In this document: one piece after another, positions 48,412 through 61,321 of the stretch
Position numbering within the stretch: position 1 is the stretch's first letter
How the letters are laid out: every line of letters begins with the position of its first letter
NCBI RefSeq assembly: GCF_006345805.1
Contig: NC_043002.1
Coordinates: 68,262,001 to 68,326,000 of the forward strand
Length of the DNA: 64,000 bases
Source of the DNA: Octopus sinensis
Taxonomy: Eukaryota
Direction: 5' to 3'
Notes under the pieces: model-generated
Told to the model about the DNA's origin: nothing
Database searches by the model: none
What the model saw: only the letters and a program-made list of their open reading frames with translations
Translations under genes and position numbers: made by a program

Positions 48412-49261
48412 GGTGGTGATGGTGACAGTGGAAGTGCTTTTGGGGTGATATTGGTGATGGTGAAGGTGTAGTGGTGAAGATGATGATTATGATCATCATG
48501 ATGATAATAATGATCATGATGAAAGAAAACAGCAACATCTTTTATACAATTGCGATTTTCTCAACAATACTTTTAACCGATAAAATTATCTCTCAGTTTT
48601 ATTTGTTGTGAAACATTTATAAAATTAAGGATTGAAGAAAAATCATAAGGCTTGATTGCAACACTTGACATCTGCATAGATTTCAAAAGAGTTTAGAATA
48701 AAAACAGTCTTACTAAATTGGCAAGATACAAACCGGACCTCTTTTGCTAAACCAATACATTCATTCAACACAACACAACAGAAATTCTATGAGGTAGCCG
48801 GACTTCACGATCCACTTAACATCTCATACTTGACATCACTAGCTACTCATTAGATGACAATTCAATCTTTTATTGTCTTATATTTTCAAGTAACGAAAAA
48901 CAAGTTAAAATGACAACCCTTCCTTAAAAATTAATCTTATCTACATTTTGCAAAGGAAACAAACTAAAGCTAGAAATGCTTAAAGATCATTGGATGAGGC
49001 TTGTTTCTGAACTCCCATCCCTACAAAACTAAAAACTTGAATCTTTAAACACTCCCTCCTAACATGTATAATGAACTGTAACAATTTTTCAAATTACACA
49101 GAGGCATAGGCATGGCTGTATGGTTAAGAAGTTTGCTTCTCATCATCTAGGTTTCAGGTTCAGTCCCATTGCACAGAATCTTGGGCAAGTGTCTTCTGCT
49201 ACAGCTCCATGCAAACTGAACCCTTGTGAGTGATTTGTTAGAACTGAAAGAAGTCTATTGC

Positions 49262-49327
<66 letters not shown>

Positions 49328-49677
49328 TATATATAACATCTAATATAGGATAAGCTTTTCCAAAAATTTTATCAGTGACCAGCATATTAAAAAATACCTT
49401 TTAGGGTGAAAATTATAAACAACTTATAAATAAGGGCAAAAGAAAAAAATTTCTCTGCCAAATATGCTGAGAATAGACTTTAAATCGTCAATAACCATAT
49501 ATAATTAATTCATCACTATAAGCCCGTTATAGTGCTGTGGTTATTGATGATTTAAAGTCTATTCTCGGCATATTTGGCATAGAATTTTTTTATTTTGCCC
49601 TTATTCATAAGTTGTATATATATATATATATATACATACACACACACACACCACACACACACACATACATACATACA

Positions 49678-49713
<36 letters not shown>

Positions 49714-50039
49714 TATGTATGTACGTGTGAATATAAAATCATTTAACATCTATTGTTCAACCTCTTAGCCACTATTTTGGGTTGGATGGTGTGACAAGAT
49801 TTAGCAAGCTGGTGGGAGGGGGGAATGCATCAGACTGCAGTCTGATTTGACATGGCTTCTGTGGCTGGATGCTCTTCCTAATGCCGACTACTTTCTAGAG
49901 TGTGTTGGATGCTTTCCTGTGACACCGCATGGGCACTTTTATGTAGCACTATACAGGCGGTTTTATGTGATGCCAGGTGCTATTATGTGTTACTGCAAGG
50001 GTACTTTATATATATATATATATATTATCCTCATCATTG

Positions 50040-50680
50040 CCGTTATCGTTTAACGTCCACTTTCCATGCTGGCATGGGTTGGACGGTTTGACTGAGGACT
50101 GGCAAGCCAGAAGGCTGTGCCAGGCTTCAATCCGATCTGGCAAAGTTTCTACAGCTGGATGCCCTTCCTAATGCCAACACTCCAAAATTATAGTAGGTGC
50201 CGTTTACATGTCACTGGCACAGGAGTCAGTTAGGCTGTACAGGCAATGACCATGCTTGAATGGTGCTTCTTGTGTTCCACCAGCATGGGACCAGTCAGCC
50301 GGCACTGGCATCAACCACGCTCAAATGGTGTTTTATGTGCCACCAGCATGGGAGCTACTCAGGCAGCACTGGCAACGATCACTCTGGAATAGTGCTTTTT
50401 ACGTGCCACTGGCATGGGACCAGTCAGGCAGCACTGGCATTGACCATGCTCAAATGGTGCTTTTTACATGCCACCGGCACAGGTGCCAATGAGGCGGTAC
50501 TGTCATCAGCCACGACGACGACTTCACTTGCTTCAACATGTCTTCACAAGTACAGTTTATTACCCAATGATTGAAAGGTACTTTTAAATGGGCTGGTTAT
50601 GCCGTACTGACATAGGCCACAGTTATGGTCTCACTTGGCTTGCCGGATCTTCTTAATCACAGCATATCTTCTCAAGCACA
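50040..50680 (-). mobile_element. RTE-tail element with about 65-bp VNTR
   Basis: same tail family as 17122-18167; five units at about 50197-50480. Confidence 0.8.
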
Positions 50681-51029
50681 GCATATGTAAATGTGTGTGG
50701 GGGTGATGTGGGGGTGGATGCATGTGCATGTCTTGATATTATTCAATTGTTAAAACAAGCATCATGGTAATACAAGCAGTGTTACTCACTTAAAATCTTC
50801 TGTAGAAAGCACTATTACCTTACATGAAAACATGCTGGTGGTACAAAAACAAGCACCTAATGTATACTGTAAAGTGGTTGGCATTAGAAAGGGCATCCAG
50901 CCATAGAAACCATGCTAAAGTAAACCTTGGAGCATAATGCAGCCATTTCAGCCATTGGATCCTTTCAAACCATCCACTCTATGCCAGCATGTGAACATGG
51001 ACACTAAATGACAACAGTGAGGATAAGGA

Positions 51030-51443
51030 TACTCTACTCTTTTACTCTTTTATTTGTTTCAGTCATTTGACTGTGGCCATGCTGGAGCACCACCTTTAGT
51101 TGAACAAATCGACCCCAGGACTTATTCTTTGTAAGCCTAGTACTTATACTATCGGTCACTTTTGCTGAACCGCTAAGTTACAGGGACGTAAACACACCAC
51201 CATCGGTTGTCAAGTGATGTTGGGGGGACAAACACAAACACATAAACACACACACACACACACACATAAATATACATATACAACAGGCTTCTTTTAGTTT
51301 CCGTCTACCAAATCCACTCACAAGGCTTTGGTCGGCCCGATGCTATAGTAGAAGACACTTGCCCAAGGTGCCACGCAATGGGAATGAACTCGGGACCATG
51401 TGGTTGGTAAGCAAGCTACTTACCACACAGTCACTCCTGCGCC
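51030..51443 (-). mobile_element. SINE family A
   Basis: full match on the minus strand. Confidence 0.9.
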
Positions 51444-53234
51444 TGATGATGATGATGATTCTTGTTAAAAAATAATAAATTTGTGCTCTGCCAAATGTAT
51501 GGAGTAATCCTTCAGTTTAATGTAAAACTGTTTTCATTATAACATAAAAATAAATAGGAAAACAACATTTGAGTGTGGTTGTTACTTGTTCCGCTGGACT
51601 GGCTCCCGTGCAAGTGACACGTAAAAAGCACCTTTGAGTGTGGTCATTGCCAGGCCCGCTGACTAGCCCTCGTGCCAGTGGCACGTAAAAGCACCCACTA
51701 CACTCTCGGAGTGGTTGGCGTTAGCAAGGGCATCCAGCTGTAGAAACTTTACCAGATCAGATTGGAGCCTGGTGCAGCCACTGACTTTCCAGACCTCAGT
51801 CAAACCATCCAATCTATGTCAGCATGGAAAACAGGTGTTAAACAATGATGATGATATATGCACCATTATCATCATCATTTTAATGTCCACTTTTCCTTTC
51901 TTACACAAGCCAGACAAAGTATACTGAGGCAGATTTTCTATGGAGGGATGACCTTCTTGACACCAACCCTCACCTGTTACAAATAAGGTAATAGTTCCTG
52001 ACAGCTAGGCATGTTTTGCAATATACTGGAAATTAATGATACTGCCTGTATGACAGTGACACTCATTTACAACTATCATGCAATGTTAAAACACACACAC
52101 GTGTGTGCATGCACGTGCAGCAAGCCTCTTTCAATTTCTTATTTCTTGCTGCCCAAAAGGGGCTACACACAGAGGGGACAAACAAGGACAGACAAAGGGA
52201 TCAAGTCAATTATATCGACCCCAGTGTGTAACTGGTACTTATTTAATCAATCCTGAAAAGATGAAAGGCAAAGTTGACCTCAGTGGAATTTGAACACAGA
52301 ACATAGCAACAGACAAAATACTGCTAAGCATTTTGCCTGGCATGCTAACATTTCTGCCAGCTCGCCACCTTAATTGCCAGCTCGCCGCCTCTTTCAATTT
52401 TTGCCTATCAAATCCACTCACAAGGCATTAGATGGTCAGCTGACTTAAGCTGTAGTAGAAGACACTTGCCCAGGATGCCACACAGTGGGACTGAATGCAA
52501 AACCAAGTGGTTGGCAAGCAAACTTCTTAACATACAAAGTCATGCTAGCACCTATATTAATTTATTTAGCCACTCATTTCTAGTGATCTAATTAATGTGT
52601 AGATAGGACAAGGAATATTTGCATGAGATGAAATGGTGCACTTGGTAATTATAAAAAAAGTTTGCAGGATATTTCATGACAGATTCTACACTTTGAACAT
52701 TAGCTGTGTCGTGGTTCAGATACATTGTTCTAAGATTCAGGCTAAAATGGCATGTTCAGAGACTTTTTACAGCAAGCTATCAAAGCAGTAAGTGAAAGGT
52801 TATAATTACTGTTGATGATGGTAAGCTATAACTTGGCATGATACCTATTTACTGAGCATTCAAAAGTACAGTGCCTTTTACAAGGATAAAGTGTAGTGTT
52901 GAAGATGGCATATGATTTGAATTCACAGCTGTCAAGCCAACATCTTCATAATTCAGCCAGATGAAATTTTGAAAGAAATATCATTTTTTTTAATAATTTA
53001 CCTTTTGATATTATATATCTATTGAAATACACTGCTCTTAGTTCAATTTTTTTTTTAAATAATGGAGAATTTAGTAAAATAACTTTGTCATTTTTAAGCT
53101 GATGTTGGTAACATAAATCAACAAAATATTTTGATGGAAAATTCTAATACAGATTACTTTAAAAGAAGAAGTTTGTATCATAATATACAACAGTATCAGA
53201 TGAGTTGGTATCAATATGGTTAAATTATAATTAC

Positions 53235-53351
53235 CTGCTGCTCCAAAGCTATAGGCTTCAATCATTTCAGGTATTTTATAAGGAGGTGGGGTATATTTTT
53301 TAAACAAAGAATCCCATTCATGGCTGTTTTCACCAAACCAGTATAAGGTTT
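53235..53351 (-). CDS. JMJD8: JMJD8 coding exon: (E)TLYWFGENSHEWDSLFKKYTPPPYKIPEMIEAYSFGAA
   Basis: ttgtttcag acceptor and G|gtaatt donor; phase 1 to 1; similar to TLYFFGDNNFTEWASLFRHYSPPPF...AYSFGIA. Confidence 0.95.
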
Positions 53352-53711
53352 CTGAAACAATATATGAAAGAAAAAAGAAACTTCTGGATGATATGCTGTT
53401 GTTTTTTTTGTTTTTTTAAAGAGGAGTGTTTAATTTGGACATTTAACTATGAAATAAATAAAAAGAAATAATGTGTAAGACATTAAGATCAATGAGAATT
53501 AATTATGTAGAAATTAGTTAGAAGCTTCAATATATATTATATATATAGTCAAATTGAATAATCAAACATTAAAAATAACAATAACAAAACAACATGGGAT
53601 GTATTAGTTTGATGCTCGGTAAAAAGAAAGAGTTTTTTTCAACATTTCAAGCATAGCTCTTCATCAGAAAGGGAAACGGAAAAGTCCAGAGAAGGAACAT
53701 GTGTAGTTAAC

Positions 53712-54125
53712 AGGCGTAGGAGTGACTGTGTGGTAAGTAGCTTGCTTACGAACCACATGGTTCTGGGTTCAGTCCTACTGCGTGGCACTTTGGGCAAGTG
53801 TCTTCTACTATAGCCTTGGGCCGACCAAAGCCGTGTGAGTGGATTTGGTAGACGGAAACTGAAAGAAGCCTGTCATATAAATATGTATGTATATATGTGT
53901 GTGTGTGTTTATGTTTGTGTGTCTGTGTTTGCCCCCCCCCAACAACACTTGACAAACGATGCTGGTGTGTTTACGTCCCTGTAACTTAGCGGTTCGGCAA
54001 AATAGACCGATAGAATAAGTACTAGGCTTACAAAGAATAAGTGCTGGGGTCGATTTGCTCGACTAAAGGCGGTGCTCCAGCATGGCAACAGTCAAATGAC
54101 TGAAACAAGTAAAAGAGTAAAAGAG
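53712..54125 (+). mobile_element. SINE family A
   Basis: full match; ends about 75 bp from the JMJD8 donor at 54198. Confidence 0.9.
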
Positions 54126-54198
54126 ATCTTTTATCTTTTACTTGTTTCACTCAGTGGCTGATAATAACTCTGGAAATGATATTAAATATTTTACTCAC

Positions 54199-54267
54199 CA
54201 TTTCCAGGTGTCTTTAAATCTTGAGGCTGCATGTACTCTGTAAGGTATTTCCGTAATGGCACATCGA
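54199..54267 (-). CDS. JMJD8: JMJD8 coding exon: (V)DVPLRKYLTEYMQPQDLKTPGN
   Basis: tctttacag acceptor and G|gtgagt donor; phase 1 to 1; similar to VDLPFQEYVEQLLHPQDPTSLGN. Confidence 0.93.
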
Positions 54268-54439
54268 CTGTAAAGATAATAAAAATTTAGCAATTTTAAA
54301 AATGCAAGAAAATAATAGTTTCTTTGCAAGAAGAGAATCTTTGTCAAAAGATGTGAAAAGTTGAAGGGAATTATTGCGAAAGGGAGAGAGTGCTGAGGCA
54401 GATGTCAAATTCAGAATCAGGCAAGAAGCATCAGTGTTC

Positions 54440-54960
54440 AAAGGAATGAACAAGATCTAGGCAAGCAGTTTGATTAGCAACTGTATGAAGGTCCTGCTGT
54501 ACCAGAGCATTGTCCTGTCAAGAGCAGTCTATGCAGGAAAAACTTGGAAAATAACTGCCAAGATCACTCTGAGATTGAATGCATTTCAATAACTGTGTCA
54601 ACACAAAATGCTCAAATTCACTTATAGGGACTGAATCACAAACTCTGATGTCCTAAGAGGAGCCAATCTGTGAACCGGTATGAGATTGTGATAGAAAGAA
54701 GAGTGAAACTGACTGTCAGAGGGATGAAGAAAGTGAGGGAAACACAAGTAAACATGGTACACCACCTTCAAAGAAGAACTGAAGCAAAAAAGCATCAGTT
54801 GGGCAGGCAATTATGTTCGAAACCAGGATGATTGGAAATGCTTTGCTGCTTGATGTACAGGCCAAATGGACATGAGGGAATAAGACTAAGACATTCTATC
54901 TACTACCACATTGAATACAATGGATAAGTTAAAGCATGGTGTACAATGCCAGAAAAAAAT
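54440..54960 (+). mobile_element. decayed RTE (BovB-like) LINE fragment
   Basis: KVLLYQSIVLSRAVYAGKTWKITAKITLRLNAFQ...ITNSDVL with stops. Confidence 0.7.
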
Positions 54961-55067
54961 GAAATGGTTTTGAATGAAACGCATTTGATTATAGGTCAGT
55001 TAAATCAAGTTTGAGCTGGGACAATACAACAACAACAACAAAGTGCATGTATATACTAAATACAAAC

Positions 55068-55164
55068 CTTTCTTATAAGAATAAGTGTTTGCTGTAGACA
55101 GTCGAACGATTTTGTCACCATATGTTTGTAAGAGATTGTCTTTTGAACAGGCTTTTCTGAATTG
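55068..55164 (-). CDS. JMJD8: JMJD8 coding exon: QFRKACSKDNLLQTYGDKIVRLSTANTYSYKK
   Basis: ctttctcaag acceptor and G|gtttgt donor; diagnostic VRLSTANTYSY motif; phase 0 to 1. Confidence 0.95.
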
Positions 55165-55374
55165 CTTGAGAAAGAAAATAAAAAGAAAATATTATTCAGT
55201 CAACAAATACCAGAAATACATAATTTGTAAGCATAATCATGAATATGTGAAAGTAACAGAATGGTTACTTTCTACAATACCAGAATGTAACCAGAATGAT
55301 TACAAATCTACAATATCAGTTTAATTCCCAAGTGAATCATTTCAATTCTCTTTGGATGTATTTTTTTTTTATTT

Positions 55375-55800
55375 TCTATCTTTTTACATGTTTCTGTCAT
55401 TAGACTGTGGACATGCTGGGGCACTGCTTTGAATTTTTGCTCAAATGAATCAACACTAGTACTTATTTTTTAAGTCTGGTACTTACTCTATCGGTCTCTT
55501 TTGCTGAACTGCTAAGTTATGGGGATGTAAACACACCAACACCAGTTGTCAAGTGGTGACGGGGGGGGGGGACAAACACAGACACAATGACACACACGCA
55601 TTGATATATATGCATATATATATATATATATGACGGGCTTCTTTCAGTTTCCATCTACCAAATCCACTCACAGGGCTTTGGTCAGCCCAAGGCTATAGTA
55701 GAAGACACTTGCCCAAGGTGCTATGCAGTAGGGGCTGAGAGCCCAAAACCCTATGGTTGGGAAGCAAGCTTCTTACCACACAGCCACTACTGCACCTATA
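55375..55800 (-). mobile_element. SINE family A
   Basis: full match on the minus strand. Confidence 0.85.
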
Positions 55801-56725
55801 AATATTACAACCCTAATGTTATTCGAACACCAGACTTCTGATCTGTAGTCAGACGCACCACTGTTATGGTTAAGAAGTTTGCTTTGCAATCACACTGTTT
55901 CAGGTTCAGCCCCACTGTGCAGCACTTTGGGCAAGTATCTTTTTTCTACAATAGTGCCAAGCTTATATACATATATGTGTGTGTATATTTATGTATGTTT
56001 GTGTGTGTGTGTATGTGAGACCACCACTTAAACCAGGGTTAGTTTGTGTACATCTACCATAACTTAGCAGTTTGGCAAAAAGAGACTAATAAAATTTGTA
56101 CTAGATTTATTAAAAAAAAAAAAACTAACTACAAGGATTTATTTGTTAAACTGAATCCTTCTAAGCAATGTCGTAGCATGGCCACAGTCCAATGATTGAA
56201 ACAAGTAAAGATAAAAAGGTAGGTGCAGGCATAGCAGTGTTATTAAGAAATTCACTTTCAAACCTTGTTGTTTCAAGCAAATATCTTCCACCATAGCCTC
56301 AGGCTGACCTATGTTTTGTGAGAAAAATAGGTAGATGAAAACTGTACAGAAGCCTGCTATATATTCCTTCATTCCTTTTACATCTTTTTTTTCTCTGCAA
56401 GCATGGGTTAAATGAATACATATTGCTGAGGCATTGAAGTGATATTTTACAACTGGATGCCCTTCTTGCTGCTAACTCTTTCCAAGTAATGGAGTTTTCA
56501 TTCTCATTGTCTTCAAAAGTGCAGGGCTAGCAGACAGTTCGATGAAAGGGAAATGACAATGGGCAATGCTGGTCATAGCTTAGCCAGTTTTATGCACTTG
56601 CAGAATGTAAACATTCACACAAATACACTCTCTTTCACACTCACTTTCTCTCATTATATACATAAGCTAATGAAATTCATAAGATAATCGCTTATTCCTT
56701 TTTCATCTCATTTTCTTATTTACGT

Positions 56726-56757
<32 letters not shown>

Positions 56758-56820
56758 CTGTGTGTGTGTGTGTATAGAGTGTTTGAAGTGGTGTACAGAT
56801 ATATATATATATATGTATAT

Positions 56821-57010
56821 GTTGAGAAAAATGAGTCAGTCAGAATTTTGGATAATGCTTTATTAGCACTTTCATTCTTTCAACCGAACTCTTCAAGACA
56901 AAATCTGAACCAAAACATTTTGGTTTGATTTTTCTTGAAGAGTTTGGTTAAACAAACGAAAGCACTAATAAAGAATTATCCAAAATTCTGACTGCCTCCT
57001 TTTTCTTAAC
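56821..57010. mobile_element. palindromic MITE-like element with about 95-bp arms
   Basis: agtcagaattttggataat...gaaccaaaa mirrored by ttttggtttg...attatccaaaattctgact. Confidence 0.8.
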
Positions 57011-57361
57011 ACACATACACATATATATATACACACACACACATAGGTGCAGACATAGCTGTGTGGATAAGAAGCTTTCTTCCCAACCATGTGTTCTCAT
57101 GTTCTATTCTACAGCATGGTACCTAGGGCAAGTGCTTTCTAGTAATAAACTTCAGGCTGACCAAAGCTTTGTGAATTAATTTGGTAAATGGAAACTGAAT
57201 GAAGCCGTGCATGTGTGTGTGTGTGTGTGTGTGTTTTATTTTAGTCTTGTCTTGACATCATGCGATGATTTTAAACAAGCATCACCATCATACAAGTGAC
57301 GTTGCTTGTTTATATCTGCCTCAATAAATTCTGTCTTACCCATGCTGGTATGGATCAGACA

Positions 57362-57412
<51 letters not shown>

Positions 57413-57427
57413 ATATATATATATATA

Positions 57428-57460
<33 letters not shown>

Positions 57461-57691
57461 GTAGGCGCGGGCATGGCTGTGTGGTTAGGGAGCTTGCTTC
57501 CTAGCTACATGGTTTCGGGTTCAGTCCCACTGCGTGGCACTTTGGGTAGGTGTCTTCCACTATAGCCCCGAGCCGACCGGAGCTTTGTGATTGAATTCGG
57601 TAGGTGGAAGTTACTGCCGTGTGTGTATGTGTGCGTATAGCTGCTCAGTGCTTCTCCGAAAGAGAGAGAGGGATATATACATATATATATA

Positions 57692-57902
57692 GTTAATCCA
57701 AACATGGAAACACAAAGAGAAAACACAACACAAGGACATGGAACAAGTATAGTATTATTGGACGCTCAGGTAAGAAGGAAAGAAGGAGGGTTTAACGTTT
57801 CGAGCGGAGCTCTTCGTCAGAAACATAGGAAAAGGAAAGATCCAAAGAAGGGAAGATGGAGGGAAAAAAAATCGCCAATGGTACACACGTGGTCACATTT
57901 TG
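57692..57902 (-). mobile_element. Penelope-type short element with minimal hammerhead ribozyme
   Basis: minus strand GTTT-CTGACGA-A-GAGCtccGCTC-GAAA-CGTT-AAAC; flanked by (TA)n; homologue at 28025-28233. Confidence 0.7.
57788..57825 (-). ncRNA. minimal type I hammerhead ribozyme candidate
   Basis: intact CUGAnGA and GAAA cores, 4-bp stem II, palindromic AACGUU stem III, predicted GUU cleavage triplet, 4-bp stem I. Confidence 0.6.
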
Positions 57903-58210
57903 AATATATATATATATCCTGATCATCATTTAACATTCATGCAAGCATGGATGTTAAATGATGATGATATGTATATGTGCTACTGTGAGCATTTGTGTAT
58001 TCATGTATCCTTGTCTTGTCATTGTGTAATAGTTGTAAATGAGTGTCACTGTCATACATGCAGTGTCATTCATTTCCAATATTCTGCAAGAACATTTCTA
58101 GCCATGGAGAAATATTACCTGGCTTGGAAACTGGTGAGGGTTAGACAGGAAGGGCATCCATCCAGCCATAGAAAATATGCTTCAATAAACTCCTTCTAAC
58201 CCACGCAAGA

Positions 58211-58284
58211 TGGTGTTGGTGTTGATGATGATGATGGTGGTGATGGTGATGATGATGGTGATGATGATGATGATGATGATGATT

Positions 58285-58316
<32 letters not shown>

Positions 58317-58325
58317 GATGATCTA

Positions 58326-58356
<31 letters not shown>

Positions 58357-58385
58357 CCTAATGATGATGATGATGATGGTGATGA
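58211..58385. repeat. (GAT)n microsatellite
   Basis: direct inspection; a similar tract lies at 48378-48522. Confidence 0.95.
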
Positions 58386-61288
58386 ATTTGAAATTATTTT
58401 TCAACATACAGCAAACAACATCTCCAACTGTTTTCCCCATCCCTAATGTAAGAAGGAAACAACACTAATAATAACTATTGGTAATAGTAACAACAATAAA
58501 TAAATAAATAAAGCAGAAAATTGAGAGGAGGAGGATCTGAGAGCAACAATCGGTCCTATCACCTACCTACTTACAAGTCCAAAGTTCAAAAACAAGAATG
58601 TTATTGACACAAAAGGACAACTAAGAAAAACAAAAACTATGTATATTCTATATAGCAAACTTGTCAAGGAAAATACATTAGCCAGTCCTATCTTAACTCT
58701 TTAGCAGTTAAACCAGTCCAGAATATTCAACCAGCTTTATATTCAAAGTAGTCAAATCTGGCCTCTCACACCAACCCTACAATATCCTTTTCTACTCTAG
58801 GCACAAGGCTAGAAATTTGGGGAGGGGGCAGTCAATTAGGTCGACCCCAGTATGCAACTGGTACTTGATTTATCGACCCTGAAAGGATGAAAGGCAAAGT
58901 CGACCTTGAGGGAATATGAACTCAGAATTTAAATAAAACAATAATTATACTTTTATACTCTAGACACAAGGCCCAAAACTTTGGGGGAGGGGGCCCAGTC
59001 GATTAGATCACCCCTAGTGTTTCACTGGTACTTACTTTAACGATCCCCGAAAGGATGAAAGGCAAAGTTGACCTCACGGAATTAGAGCTCAGAATGTAAA
59101 TAAAACAATAATTATTCTTTTCTACTCTAGGCACACAGCCCAAAATTTTGGGAGAGGGGGCCAGTTGATTAAATCGACCCCAGTACACAACTGGTACTTA
59201 ATTTATCAACCCTGAAAGGATGAAAGGCAAAATTGACCTCAGCAGAATTTGAACTCAGAACGTAAAGACAGACCAAACACTGCTAAACATTTTGCTTGGC
59301 GTGCTAACATTTCTGCTGCCTACCAACCCTACAATATCATTGTAAAAATTTACAGTTACCTCATCAAAACCTCATCAAAACAAAAGAATGAAAAAATTAA
59401 AGAAAGGAGTGGCTGTTTGGTAAGTAGCTTGCAGCGAGCTGGCAGAAACGCCAGGCAAAGTGCTTAGTGGTATTTCGTCTGCTGTTACCTTCTGAGTTCA
59501 GATTCTGCCCAGGTCAACTTTGCATTTCATCCTTTCAGGGTCAATAAATTAAGTAGCAGTTATGCACTGGGGTCGATGTAATCAACTTAATCCCTTTGTC
59601 TATCCTTGTTTGTCCCCTCTACGTTTAGCCCCTTGTGGGCAATAAAGAAATAAGTGGCTTGCTTACCAATCACATGGTTCTGGGTTCATACTCAATGCAT
59701 GGCACCACAAGCAAGTGTCTTCTACTATAGCCTCGGGCAAACCAAAGCCTTGTGAGTGGATTTGGCAGACGGAAAACTGAAAGAAGCCCGTCGTATATAT
59801 GTATATATATATACATGTATGTGTGTGTGTATATGTTTCTGTGTTTGTGTTTGTCCCCCCAGCATCGCTTGATAAAAAGGATTTTTTATGGATGCAGAAG
59901 TGAGACGAAACTTCTTCACACTCCATAGTAAACAATACCATTAAGGAATAAATGAAAGTGAATGTATGTGTTTTTGCTTGTTTGTCTTCCATGACAGAAA
60001 TGACTCCTATGCTGCAACTGCTTCAGTTTCAACAACACACAGATCAAATTACTTGTCAAACAAAGTACACGACCAAAATATCAACTTGAGTTGGTTCAAT
60101 AAACAATCTCCTTCTCAAAACTGATGGCCTTGTCCTAAATCTGAAACCATTATCAATTTCAATTGTTAATATTATTAATATCATATAATGACATAATATT
60201 ATTATTATTGAGTGAGTGAGCAGTGCATGCCATCAAAGTGACACTGGGGTAAAATATACGAAGCCCAGTATACCCATCATGACTACCCGTCTAATAAGGG
60301 TACACCAGGCACATGCATCACAACCATATGTGTGCGACATGGTGATCTCATATCAAGATAAACAGCGCATGACCTTGCAGGTGGGGCCCAGTTAGAATTT
60401 TCTTCTTGTCGAGTAACCCATCCCGTTCAAAAGGTACCTGAATAAGGGTTGTTTAAGGATGTTGAACAAAGCACCCATGTTTCCAGAGGTGAATTATTCA
60501 AATCCCAAAGAATTCCTCTCAACACATGGCTATGATGCTCTCCCACTACTTCTGCTCGTGATCAGAGATGCACATATCATCAGCCACTAAGGGACATGCT
60601 CAACTGGTTAAGGTCAAGCAACTGACAAGCAAATCTGTGGTATCAAGCAGAATATTTGCTGTAGCCCAACTTTTATACCAAGACAAAACAATGTACATGA
60701 TAACACTTCCAATCAGTTAAGATCAGAAGCCACGAGAGCCACTGCCTGGTACAGCATCAGGGCATTTATTATTATTATTATCATCATTATTATTATTATT
60801 ATTATTACTAAAAGACAGAGAGCTGGCAGAATCACGAGCATGCTGGATAAAATGCTTAGCGGTATTTTGCCTGTCGTTACGTTCTGAGTTCAAATTCCAC
60901 TGAGGTCTACTTTGCCTTTCATCCTTTGGGGGAGGAGGGGGTCAATAAAAAAAATACCAGTTGAATACTGGGGTCGATGTAGTTGACTCATCCCCACCTC
61001 TCCCAAGCTGCCCATGTGGCAAAAATTTGAAATAGTAACTAGTATTATTACTATCATTAGTCTTATTATTAATACGGTGAGCTGGCAAAATCATTAACAT
61101 GCCAGGCAAAAATGCGCTTTGTGGGATTTTATCCATCTTTACATTCTTGAGATCAAATTCCACTGAGGTCAACTTTGCTTTTCATCCTTTCAGGGTCAAT
61201 GAAATATTTATTAGTAGAACACTGGGATCAATGTAATTGATTTATCCCCCTTCCCTAAAATCGCTGGCCTTTTGCTAAAATTTGAAAC

Positions 61289-61321
<33 letters not shown>

